This document shows, in pieces, positions 16,794-25,822 of a stretch of DNA of 30,219 nt (position 1 is the first letter of the stretch; each line of letters opens with the position of its first letter). The translations under genes and the position numbers were made by a program. This DNA is from a virus (lineage: Duplodnaviria > Heunggongvirae > Uroviricota > Caudoviricetes). Location: positions 1 to 30,219 of IMG/VR virus record IMGVR_UViG_2563366798_000006, one strand, 5' to 3'. Under the pieces are notes generated by a model, which saw only the letters and a list, made by a program, of their open reading frames with translations, made no database searches and was not told the DNA's origin.

Positions 16794-17137
16794 CAGCGCG
16801 TTATCTCGGAATGAATCGCAGTGATGGCCTGACTGTCACTGACCTTGAGCATATCAGCCAGAGTATCGGCGATATCCTGCGCACACCGGTCGGCTCGCGG
16901 GTGATGCGTCGTGATTACGGCTCGTTGCTGGCGTCAATGATTGACCAGCCGCAGACCCCGGCGCTTGAGTTGCAGATTAAGGTCGCCTGTTACATGGCAG
17001 TGCTGAAATGGGAACCCCGCGTCACCCTGGCATCCGTCACCACGGCGCGCAGCTTTGACGGTCGAATGACAGTTACGTTAACCGGCCAGCATAACGACAC
17101 CGGCCAGCCACTTTCGTTAACCATCCCTGTGAGTTGA
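16790..17137 (+). CDS. W: Baseplate wedge protein W (gp25-like)
   Basis: 115 aa, start overlaps the V stop, P2 gpW size. Confidence 0.85.
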   Translation: MTARYLGMNRSDGLTVTDLEHISQSIGDILRTPVGSRVMRRDYGSLLASMIDQPQTPALELQIKVACYMAVLKWEPRVTLASVTTARSFDGRMTVTLTGQHNDTGQPLSLTIPVS

Positions 17138-17141
17138 AACC

Positions 17142-18050
17142 ATGCCGATTATCGACCTGAACCAGCTACCCGCACCGGATGTGGTTGAGGAGCTGGACTT
17201 TGAAACCATTCTTGCCGAACGCAAGGCGACACTGATTTCCCTTTACCCGGAAGACCAGCAGGAGGCGGTCGCCCGTACCCTGACGCTGGAATCCGAGCCT
17301 CTCGTCAAACTGCTGGAGGAAAATGCTTATCGTGAGCTTATCTGGCGTCAGCGTGTGAATGAGGCCGCACGGGCAGTAATGCTGGCCTGTGCCGCCGGTA
17401 ATGACCTTGATGTGATTGGTGCCAATTACAACACCACGCGCCTGATTATCACCCCGGCAGATGATTCGACCATCCCGCCGACACCGGCAGTGATGGAGTC
17501 TGACACCGATTATCGTCTGCGTATTCAGCAGGCGTTTGAGGGCTTAAGCGTCGCCGGGTCGGTGGGAGCATATCAGTATCATGGTCGCAGTGCCGACGGG
17601 CGTGTCGCGGATATCTCTGTCACCAGTCCGTCTCCGGCCTGCGTCACCATCTCTGTGCTGTCACGTGAAAATAACGGCGTCGCATCCGAAGACCTGCTGG
17701 CTGTGGTACGTAACGCCCTGAATGGCGAGGATGTCAGGCCGGTGGCCGACCGCGTGACCGTGCAGTCTGCCGCCATCGTTGAATACCAGATAAACGCCAC
17801 GCTTTACCTTTACCCTGGTCCCGAAAGCGAACCCATCCGCGCTGCCGCCGTGAAAAAACTGGAAGCGTATATCACGGCACAGCACCGGCTGGGGCGCGAC
17901 ATCCGTCTGTCTGCCATTTATGCCGCTTTGCATGTGGAAGGCGTGCAGCGTGTCGAACTGGCTGCACCACTGGCCGACATCGTGCTCAACAGTACGCAGG
18001 CGTCTTTCTGTACAGAATACCGCGTCGTGACCGGAGGCTCGGATGAGTGA
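17142..18050 (+). CDS. J: Baseplate protein J
   Basis: 302 aa, P2 gpJ size and position. Confidence 0.85.
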   Translation: MPIIDLNQLPAPDVVEELDFETILAERKATLISLYPEDQQEAVARTLTLESEPLVKLLEENAYRELIWRQRVNEAARAVMLACAAGNDLDVIGANYNTTRLIITPADDSTIPPTPAVMESDTDYRLRIQQAFEGLSVAGSVGAYQYHGRSADGRVADISVTSPSPACVTISVLSRENNGVASEDLLAVVRNALNGEDVRPVADRVTVQSAAIVEYQINATLYLYPGPESEPIRAAAVKKLEAYITAQHRLGRDIRLSAIYAALHVEGVQRVELAAPLADIVLNSTQASFCTEYRVVTGGSDE

Positions 18051-18573
18051 TTCGCGACTGCTGCCGACCGGTTCATCACCGCTTGAGGTTGCTGCTGCAA
18101 AAGCCTGTGCGGAAATTGAAAAAACGCCGGTCAGTATTCGTGAGCTGTGGAACCCGGACACCTGCCCGGCAAATCTGCTGCCGTGGCTGGCGTGGGCGTT
18201 TTCGGTCGACAGGTGGGATGAAAAGTGGCCGGAAGCGACAAAACGCGCCGTTATCCGCGATGCCTATTTCATCCACTGTCATAAAGGCACTATCGGCGCA
18301 ATCCGGCGTGTGGTGGAGCCGCTCGGCTATCTCATTAACGTAAAGGAATGGTGGGAGACAAACGACCCGCCCGGAACCTTCCGCCTTGATATCGGCGTAC
18401 TGGAAAGCGGCATCACGGAGGAGATGTATCTGGAAATGGAACGGCTGATTGCCGATGCCAAACCCGCAAGTCGCCACCTTATCGGTCTGAACATTATCCA
18501 GGACATTCCCGGCTGTCTGTATACAGGCGGTGTGGTCTGTGATGGTGATGTTATTACTGTTTATCCCGGATAA
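18043..18573 (+). CDS. I: Baseplate protein I
   Basis: 176 aa, overlaps the J end, P2 gpI size and position. Confidence 0.85.
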   Translation: MSDSRLLPTGSSPLEVAAAKACAEIEKTPVSIRELWNPDTCPANLLPWLAWAFSVDRWDEKWPEATKRAVIRDAYFIHCHKGTIGAIRRVVEPLGYLINVKEWWETNDPPGTFRLDIGVLESGITEEMYLEMERLIADAKPASRHLIGLNIIQDIPGCLYTGGVVCDGDVITVYPG

Positions 18574-18583
18574 GTGAGAAACA

Positions 18584-21196
18584 ATGAGCACGAAATTTAA
18601 AACCGTTATCACTACTGCCGGAGCCGCGAAGCTGGCAGCCGCCACTGTTCCCGGCGGGAAAAAAGTAAACCTGTCTGCAATGGCTGTGGGTGACGGTAAT
18701 GGCCAATTGCCGGTGCCGGATGCCGGTCAGACGAAACTGGTGCATGAAGTCTGGCGTCATGCCCTGAATAAAGTCAGTGTGGATAACAAGAATAAAAACT
18801 ATATCGTGGCTGAACTGGTTGTTCCGCCAGAAGTGGGCGGCTTCTGGATGCGTGAGCTTGGTCTGTATGACGATGCCGGAACACTGATTGCGGTATCCAA
18901 CATGGCAGAAAGCTATAAGCCAGAACTGGCTGAAGGCTCCGGACGTGCGCAGACCTGCCGCATGGTTATTATTCTCAGCAACGTGGCGTCCGTTGAGCTG
19001 AGTATTGATGCCAGCACAGTGATGGCGACGCAGGATTACGTCGATGACAAAATCGCAGAGCATGAGCAGTCCCGCCGCCATCCTGACGCCACGCTGACAG
19101 AAAAAGGTTTTACTCAGTTAAGCAGTGCAACAAACAGCACCAGTGAGTCATTGGCGGCAACGCCAAAAGCGGTCAAGGCAGCAAATGACAACGCAAATTC
19201 ACGTCTGGCGAAAAATCAGAATGGTGCAGATATCCAGGATAAATCAGCTTTTCTGGACAATGTTGGCGTTACCAGCCTGACGTTTATGAAAAACAACGGC
19301 GAAATGCCGGTTGATGCTGATCTGAATACATTTGGTCCTGTTAAGGCTTATTCAGGTATCTGGTCTAAAGCAACGTCCACCAACGCAACACTGGAGAAAA
19401 ATTTCCCGGAAGATAATGCTGTCGGTGTGCTTGAGGTTTTTGCTGGCGGCAATTTTGCAGGCACGCAACGCTATACCACACGTGACGGAAATTTGTATAT
19501 CCGCAAACTCATTGGAACATGGAATGGTAATGATGGACCATGGGGAGCATGGCGCCATGTTCAGGCTGTAACGCGTGCTCTAAGTACGACCATTGACCTT
19601 AACTCTCTCGGTGGCGCAGAACATTTAGGTTTATGGAGAAACAGCAGTTCAGCAATAGCTTCTTTTGAACGACATTACCCTGAGCAGGGAGGAGACGCGC
19701 AGGGCATTCTGGAAATTTTCGAAGGTGGGCTATATGGACGCACGCAGCGTTATACAACCCGTAACGGGACTATGTATATTCGCGGCCTGACAGCCAAATG
19801 GGATGCAGAAAATCCACAGTGGGAAGACTGGATCCAAATTGGTTATCAGACCAGTAGTACCTTCTATGAGGATGACCTGGATGATTTGATGTCTCCGGGT
19901 ATTTACAGTGTGACAGGCAAAGCGACCCACACCCCAATCCAGGGGCAGTCTGGTTTTCTGGAAGTCATCAGGCGCAAGGATGGTGTCTATGTTTTGCAAC
20001 GTTACACGACCACAGGAACCAGCGCAGCTACAAAAGACCGTTTATATGAGCGAGTTTTTCTTGGTGGCTCATTTAACGCGTGGGGGGAGTGGCGACAGAT
20101 TTATAACTCAAACTCTTTGCCGTTAGAGTTGGGTATCGGTGGCGCAGTGGCAAAACTCACCAGCCTGGACTGGCAGACATACGATTTTGTGCCGGGCAGT
20201 CTGATAACCGTTCGGCTTGATAATATGACCAACATTCCCGACGGTATGGACTGGGGCGTCATTGATGGCAACCTGATAAACATCGCAGTTGGTCCGAGTG
20301 ATGATTCCGGTACGGGGCGCTCAATGCATGTATGGCGCAGCACTGTAAGTAAAGCGAACTACCGCTTTTTTATGGTGCGTATTTCAGGAAATCCGGGAAG
20401 CCGCACGATCACGACAAGACGTGTGCCAATTATCGACGAAGCTCAGACATGGGGCGCGAAACAGACATTCAGTGCTGGCCTTTCTGGCGAACTGTCCGGC
20501 AATGCGGCTACAGCTACAAAGCTGAAAACGCCAAGGACAATTAACGGCGTAAAATTTGACGGCTCGGCAAATATTGAAGCGTTTCCGCCAGGTGTTCCGC
20601 TGCCGTGGCCATCAGATACACCACCTGCAGGCTATGCGATCATGCAGGGGCAGACGTTTGATAAGGCTGCATATCCGAAACTGGCTATTGCCTATCCTTC
20701 TGGTGTTATTCCTGATATGCGCGGCTGGACAATCAAGGGCAAACCCGCCAGTGGGCGTGCCGTATTGTCACAGGAACAGGACGGGATTAAATCGCATACT
20801 CACAGCGCCAGTGCGTCAAATACGGACTTAGGAACGAAAACGACCAGTTCATTTGATTACGGGACAAAAACAGTCAGTACGTTTAACCACGGCACAAAAT
20901 CAACCAATACTTCTGGCAATCATACACATACCGTCGGTTTTGCTGTGAGCGTGCAATCAGGCGGTGCAGATTATGGTGTTCCGCGAAGTGATAAAGGTGC
21001 TACGACTACAAGTTCATCAGGCAATCATGCACATACAGTCGACATTGGAGCACATAACCATACTGTTGGTATTGGTGCACATTCACACACTGTTGCTATT
21101 GGCTCACACGGGCATTCCATTACCGTAAATGCTACTGGTAATACCGAAAACACCGTCAAAAACATCGCATTTAACTATATTGTGAGGCTTGCATAA
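18584..21196 (+). CDS. H: Tail fiber protein H (mosaic: P2-type N-terminus, internal triple repeat, collar-like domain, His-x-His C-terminus)
   Basis: The N-terminal ~200 aa match P2 gpH as recalled. 870 aa (P2 H is shorter, from memory). C-terminal part has a PWPSD...YPKL...DMRGW tail-collar-like motif and GNHTHTV / GNHAHTV / GAHNHTV / GAHSHTV / GSHGHSI repeats. Confidence 0.85.
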   Translation: MSTKFKTVITTAGAAKLAAATVPGGKKVNLSAMAVGDGNGQLPVPDAGQTKLVHEVWRHALNKVSVDNKNKNYIVAELVVPPEVGGFWMRELGLYDDAGTLIAVSNMAESYKPELAEGSGRAQTCRMVIILSNVASVELSIDASTVMATQDYVDDKIAEHEQSRRHPDATLTEKGFTQLSSATNSTSESLAATPKAVKAANDNANSRLAKNQNGADIQDKSAFLDNVGVTSLTFMKNNGEMPVDADLNTFGPVKAYSGIWSKATSTNATLEKNFPEDNAVGVLEVFAGGNFAGTQRYTTRDGNLYIRKLIGTWNGNDGPWGAWRHVQAVTRALSTTIDLNSLGGAEHLGLWRNSSSAIASFERHYPEQGGDAQGILEIFEGGLYGRTQRYTTRNGTMYIRGLTAKWDAENPQWEDWIQIGYQTSSTFYEDDLDDLMSPGIYSVTGKATHTPIQGQSGFLEVIRRKDGVYVLQRYTTTGTSAATKDRLYERVFLGGSFNAWGEWRQIYNSNSLPLELGIGGAVAKLTSLDWQTYDFVPGSLITVRLDNMTNIPDGMDWGVIDGNLINIAVGPSDDSGTGRSMHVWRSTVSKANYRFFMVRISGNPGSRTITTRRVPIIDEAQTWGAKQTFSAGLSGELSGNAATATKLKTPRTINGVKFDGSANIEAFPPGVPLPWPSDTPPAGYAIMQGQTFDKAAYPKLAIAYPSGVIPDMRGWTIKGKPASGRAVLSQEQDGIKSHTHSASASNTDLGTKTTSSFDYGTKTVSTFNHGTKSTNTSGNHTHTVGFAVSVQSGGADYGVPRSDKGATTTSSSGNHAHTVDIGAHNHTVGIGAHSHTVAIGSHGHSITVNATGNTENTVKNIAFNYIVRLA

Positions 21197-21774
21197 TGGC
21201 TTTCAGAATGAGTGCAGAAGCACAAACTATCCGCGTTTTCAATTTACTTGATGGAACCAATGAGTTTATTGGCGAAAGTGATGCATATATTCCGCCGTAT
21301 ACTGGCCTGCCTGCAAACAGTACAGATATTGCACCACCTGATATTCCTGCTGGTTATGCAGCCGTTTTCAATGCAGATGAAATGAAATGGGAGTTGATGG
21401 AAGATCATCGCGGAAAGACTGTCTACGAAACGAAAATGGGAGCAGCCATTTATATTTCTGAACTTGGCGCATTACCTCCAGACGTGACAGCCATTTCCCC
21501 GGAGGGGGATTATCAGAAATGGAACGGAAATGCGTGGGTGAATGATGAGAATGCAGAGCGTGATGCACTTGTCAGAGCGGCTGAGTCTCAGAAGAAAGAG
21601 CAGATTGCATATGCAGGTGAAATCATTGCCATGCTGCAGGATGCTGTCGATTTAGATATGGCTACCGAGGAAGAAAAGTTAAGCCTGACACACTGGAAAA
21701 AATACCGTGTGCTGCTTAATCGCGTTCAGCCGGAAAATGCTCCGGATATAGAATGGCCTGAAATGCCGCAATAA
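21196..21774 (+). CDS. G: Tail fiber assembly chaperone G
   Basis: 192 aa immediately after H; start overlaps the H stop (TAATG). Confidence 0.75.
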   Translation: MAFRMSAEAQTIRVFNLLDGTNEFIGESDAYIPPYTGLPANSTDIAPPDIPAGYAAVFNADEMKWELMEDHRGKTVYETKMGAAIYISELGALPPDVTAISPEGDYQKWNGNAWVNDENAERDALVRAAESQKKEQIAYAGEIIAMLQDAVDLDMATEEEKLSLTHWKKYRVLLNRVQPENAPDIEWPEMPQ

Positions 21775-22072
21775 ATTGTATAAGCTCTGATGTGAGTTTA
21801 TACATCTATGGCACAGAGTAAAACCTAATCTGACTGTCCGCTCTGTGCTAGGAGCGGACGTGATGCATATCTGTCACCAAATTTAATGTGCCACTACAAA
21901 CAGAGTATATAGTTGAATATTATAGTGCACCCCGGCCTCATGAATATAACGGTGGATTACCGCCGAACGAGTCGGAAAATAGATACTGGAAAAACTCTAA
22001 AATCGAGGCCAGTTTTTGTTGTTCTCTACAATAATAATCGGATTTTCCCATGACAAGTTTAATAGTATTTAG

Positions 22073-23182
22073 GTGCCTGAAGTGAAGTTGAAGAAGCTAT
22101 TGATGAAAGTTGTGAAAGTGGTAAAGGAGCAGGTTCTAAGTACCGTTATTTCGGGAATAATAGGCATAGCGGCTACAGTAGGGCTTTTCCATTTCACTTC
22201 ACAGCCAATACGATCTGCTGATGTTCGCGAAAAATTAGTTGAAATGGCTCGGGAGTGCATCCAGCAGCAGCTTGCCACACATTTGGACTCAGTGGCGTTT
22301 GACTCAGTGGCTAGCGAGTCTCTCGATCTAAGCACCTCAAACTCCGTTGTAGTCTACGGAAGAGCTGTGAGCACAAATGGTGCCCTTAGCCGTTTCCTGA
22401 TGGTCTTCGAGCCCTCTGGACAGAGTTTGATAGATAAGGTGGTTGGCAGACCTGGATTCTACGATATTGGGTATTGGGCAATCATCCCAGACGCAGGGGA
22501 CGACGAGGTTGTGGCTTCTTCAGTAAACATTGAAGACCTCGACAAAGATGGTAACAAGGACATACTAGTCCGCTTAAAGTCAACTTACGCGGATGGTGTA
22601 TCCAAAGGGCTTCTTATACTTAAAAAGGATATCCATGATGTATGGCATTTGATGGGGCTTCCATCAATGACAGAGATCATGCATTCCATTGCTGCAGGTC
22701 AGCCTCCCCAGCCGGAAGGTCTTCACCTTCCACTTCCGGCAATACAATGGTTTAGTAATGACGAAAAACTCAAACCAAAGTCTGATATCAAACAATATCT
22801 TAATTGGGAAATTGACGAAGATAACTTGCAGGTCGCTGATTCCACTGGAAATCATTCTTTTTGGATGTTCAGAAACGGCACCAAGATAAAAATGTTCGAG
22901 AATGGACAAGCCGGCTACAAGCACTTTGGTGTACTGGTCAACATCAATGATGAAGAGGCGATACAGGGAAGGCATCATCTCATGGTCAGCTTTTTCAAGA
23001 TAGAGAATAATAGTTTGGTTCCTGATCCGAATTGGAACTGGGCCTATCCCATGTTCTCTATCGGATTAGAGGATAGCCAAGAAGTTGAATTGAGTGACAT
23101 GCAGGAAGCGGGCTTACAAGCTCATGTTTCTGGTAGCTCCGTTTTCGGCCTGACAGAGTTTGGGAAAATGGACTCAGATTAA
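22073..23182 (+). CDS. Cargo gene at the Z/fun hotspot position: N-terminally membrane-anchored 369-aa protein of unknown function
   Basis: AT-rich ORF between G and FI. Lys-rich N-terminus then one hydrophobic helix (VLSTVISGIIGIAATVGLFHF), predicted N-in/C-out, and a ~330-aa soluble domain with a DLDKDGNKD motif. The track start is GTG 22073; an in-frame ATG at 22103 is an alternative. Confidence 0.6.
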   Translation: MPEVKLKKLLMKVVKVVKEQVLSTVISGIIGIAATVGLFHFTSQPIRSADVREKLVEMARECIQQQLATHLDSVAFDSVASESLDLSTSNSVVVYGRAVSTNGALSRFLMVFEPSGQSLIDKVVGRPGFYDIGYWAIIPDAGDDEVVASSVNIEDLDKDGNKDILVRLKSTYADGVSKGLLILKKDIHDVWHLMGLPSMTEIMHSIAAGQPPQPEGLHLPLPAIQWFSNDEKLKPKSDIKQYLNWEIDEDNLQVADSTGNHSFWMFRNGTKIKMFENGQAGYKHFGVLVNINDEEAIQGRHHLMVSFFKIENNSLVPDPNWNWAYPMFSIGLEDSQEVELSDMQEAGLQAHVSGSSVFGLTEFGKMDSD

Positions 23183-23493
23183 TATTCGCTAACCTTACCA
23201 ACGAAGAGCAGGTCACAGGTATGGCCTAATTATGTTTTCAGAGGAGTCAGGGCTCAAGAATGCCCCCAGATAAGCCGTAAATCCTGTAGCGCAAAATCGT
23301 CTCAGATGACGCAGAGATATTAAAAACGCCTCAACCTGTTCATCAATTAATTGATAGGTTGAACTGTTAGTTAAACTTTCACCAGCAGAAAGGTATGAAC
23401 TTTTTCGACTCGCTCAAAGCTGGCTGTCAGAGCTGATAGCGTTTTGGCTACGTAAATTGTCAGTTGGAAACTGAGCGAGTACAAATCAAGACT

Positions 23494-23520
23494 GGCGGGC
23501 TGATTGCCCGCCTTTTCTTT
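23494..23520 (+). terminator. Intrinsic terminator downstream of the Z/fun-position cargo gene
   Basis: GGCGGGC-tgatt-GCCCGCC perfect 7-bp GC stem followed by TTTTCTTT. Confidence 0.5.
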
Positions 23521-23616
23521 ATCTGTTGTTTCATCCACTGACCAGCCAGGTCAAATAGCGTCTCATGCACTGCCCAACAGAAAATAGTTGCACCCATTAA
23601 CCACGGAGTTAAACGG

Positions 23617-24807
23617 ATGAGCGACTATCATCATGGCGTGCAGGTGCTGGAGATTAACGACGGCACCCGCGTCATTTCCACCGTATCCACCGCCATTGTC
23701 GGCATGGTCTGCACGGCCAGCGATGCGGATGCGGAAACCTTCCCCCTCAATAAACCGGTGCTGATTACCAATGTGCAGAGTGCGATTGCAAAGGCCGGTA
23801 AAAAAGGCACGCTGGCGGCGTCGTTGCAGGCCATCGCTGACCAGTCAAAACCGGTCACCGTTGTTGTGCGCGTGGAAGACGGCACCGGCGACGACGAAGA
23901 AACGAAACTTGCGCAGACCGTTTCCAATATCATCGGCACCACTGACGAAAACGGTCAGTACACCGGACTGAAAGCCCTGATGGGGGCTGAGTCGGTTACC
24001 GGCGTTAAACCGCGCATTCTTGGTGTGCCGGGGCTGGACACCAAAGAGGTTGCCGTCGCACTGGCATCGGTATGCCAGGAACTGAATGCATTCGGGTATA
24101 TCAGCGCATGGGGCTGTAAAACCATTTCCGAGGTGAAAGCCTACCGCCAGAATTTCAGCCAGCGTGAGCTGATGGTCATCTGGCCGGATTTCCTCGCATG
24201 GGATACGGTTACCAGTACCACCGCCACCGCGTATGCCACCGCCCGTGCGCTGGGGCTGCGCGCTAAAATCGACCAGGAGCAGGGCTGGCATAAAACGCTG
24301 TCCAACGTCGGGGTAAACGGTGTTACCGGCATCAGCGCATCTGTATTCTGGGATTTGCAGAAGTCTGGCACTGATGCTGACCTGCTGAACGAGGCAGGCG
24401 TCACAACGCTGGTTCGCCGCGACGGTTTCCGTTTCTGGGGTAACCGTACCTGCTCCGATGACCCACTGTTCCTCTTTGAAAGCTACACACGCACCGCGCA
24501 GGTACTGGCTGACACGATGGCTGAGGCGCACATGTGGGCTATTGATAAGCCCATCACCGCAACACTGATTCGCGACATCATTGATGGCATCAATGCCAAA
24601 TTCCGCGAACTGAAAAGCAACGGTTATATCGTGGATGGCACATGCTGGTTCAGTGAAGAATCCAACGATGCGGAAACCCTCAAGGCCGGAAAACTGTATA
24701 TCGACTACGACTATACCCCGGTGCCTCCCCTCGAAAACCTGACCCTGCGCCAGCGTATTACTTCTAGATACCTGGCAAGTCTGGTCACCTCGGTTAACAG
24801 CAATTAA
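23617..24807 (+). CDS. FI: Tail sheath protein FI
   Basis: 396 aa, GGAG SD, P2 gpFI size and position. Confidence 0.9.
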   Translation: MSDYHHGVQVLEINDGTRVISTVSTAIVGMVCTASDADAETFPLNKPVLITNVQSAIAKAGKKGTLAASLQAIADQSKPVTVVVRVEDGTGDDEETKLAQTVSNIIGTTDENGQYTGLKALMGAESVTGVKPRILGVPGLDTKEVAVALASVCQELNAFGYISAWGCKTISEVKAYRQNFSQRELMVIWPDFLAWDTVTSTTATAYATARALGLRAKIDQEQGWHKTLSNVGVNGVTGISASVFWDLQKSGTDADLLNEAGVTTLVRRDGFRFWGNRTCSDDPLFLFESYTRTAQVLADTMAEAHMWAIDKPITATLIRDIIDGINAKFRELKSNGYIVDGTCWFSEESNDAETLKAGKLYIDYDYTPVPPLENLTLRQRITSRYLASLVTSVNSN

Positions 24808-24819
24808 GGAGCCTGACCG

Positions 24820-25338
24820 ATGGCAATGCCGCGCAAACTCAAATACATGAATGTCTTTCTGAACGGCTACAGCTATCAGGGCGTTGCAAATTCCGTCACG
24901 CTGCCAAAACTGACCCGTAAGCTCGAAAATTATCGCGGTGCGGGAATGAACGGCAGCGCACCGGTAGACCTCGGCCTTGATGATGATGCGCTGTCAATGG
25001 AGTGGTCGCTCGGTGGATTCCCGGATTCGGTTATCTGGGAGCTTTACGCTGCAACCAGTGCTGATGCCGTACCGATTCGTTTTGCTGGTTCTTACCAGCG
25101 CGACGATACCGGCGAAACGGTGGCCGTCGAAGTGGTCATGCGTGGGCGTCAGAAAGAAGTCGACACCGGAGAGGGTAAACAGGGAGAGGATACCGAATCG
25201 AAACTCCCGGTGATTTGTACTTATTTCCGGCTGACGATGGACGGTAAGGAGCTGGTCGAAATCGACACCATCAACATGATTGAGAAGGTGAACGGCGTCG
25301 ACCGGCTGGAGCAACACCGCCGCAATATCGGCCTGTGA
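24820..25338 (+). CDS. FII: Tail tube protein FII
   Basis: 172 aa, AAGGAG SD, P2 gpFII size and position. Confidence 0.9.
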   Translation: MAMPRKLKYMNVFLNGYSYQGVANSVTLPKLTRKLENYRGAGMNGSAPVDLGLDDDALSMEWSLGGFPDSVIWELYAATSADAVPIRFAGSYQRDDTGETVAVEVVMRGRQKEVDTGEGKQGEDTESKLPVICTYFRLTMDGKELVEIDTINMIEKVNGVDRLEQHRRNIGL

Positions 25339-25394
25339 TTTTCATCCGGTCAGCCTGGCTGACCGGTTAACCCTGATTCAGAAGTGAGAAAACC

Positions 25395-25670
25395 ATGAAC
25401 AAAGAAAATGTGATTACCCTGGACAATCCGGTCAAGCGTGGTGAGCAGGTTATCGAACAGGTCACGCTGATGAAACCCAATGCCGGGACGCTGCGCGGTG
25501 TCAGTCTGGCAGCGGTCGCGAACTCCGAAGTCGATGCACTGATTAAGGTGCTGCCGCGCATGACGGCACCGATGCTGACCGAGCAGGAAGTTGCCGCGCT
25601 GGAACTGCCTGACCTTGTGGCGCTGGCCGGTAAGGTGGTCGGTTTTTTGTCGCCGAACTCGGTGCAGTGA
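25395..25670 (+). CDS. E: Tail assembly chaperone E
   Basis: 91 aa, upstream of the tape measure gene. Confidence 0.8.
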   Translation: MNKENVITLDNPVKRGEQVIEQVTLMKPNAGTLRGVSLAAVANSEVDALIKVLPRMTAPMLTEQEVAALELPDLVALAGKVVGFLSPNSVQ

Positions 25671-25822
25671 CGTTTCCGAAAAATCTCTCGGTCGATGACC
25701 TGATGGCGGATGTGGCAGTGATATTTCACTGGCCGCCATCAGAACTGTATCCCATGAGCCTGACCGAACTCATCACATGGCGCGAAAAGGCGCTCCGGCG
25801 AAGCGGAAACACGAATGAGTAA
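25395..25822 (+). CDS. E+E': E+E' fusion produced by programmed -1 ribosomal frameshift
   Basis: Slippery heptamer T-TTT-TTG at 25643-25649 in the zero frame of E. The -1 frame stays open from 25649 to TAA at 25820-25822, giving about 142 aa, and ends overlapping the T start. Confidence 0.6.
25643..25649 (+). promoter_or_regulatory. -1 frameshift slippery site (TTTTTTG)
   Basis: X-XXY-YYZ heptamer in the correct phase near the 3' end of E; the mechanism is conserved in tail chaperone genes (lambda G/GT, P2 E/E'). Confidence 0.6.

Noticed and set aside
22049-22075. An ATG just upstream of the 369-aa cargo ORF as its start codon
   Set aside because: The ATG at 22050-22052 is out of frame and hits a stop after 11 codons. 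The frame opens at GTG 22073; the first in-frame ATG is at 22103, so the true start remains uncertain.
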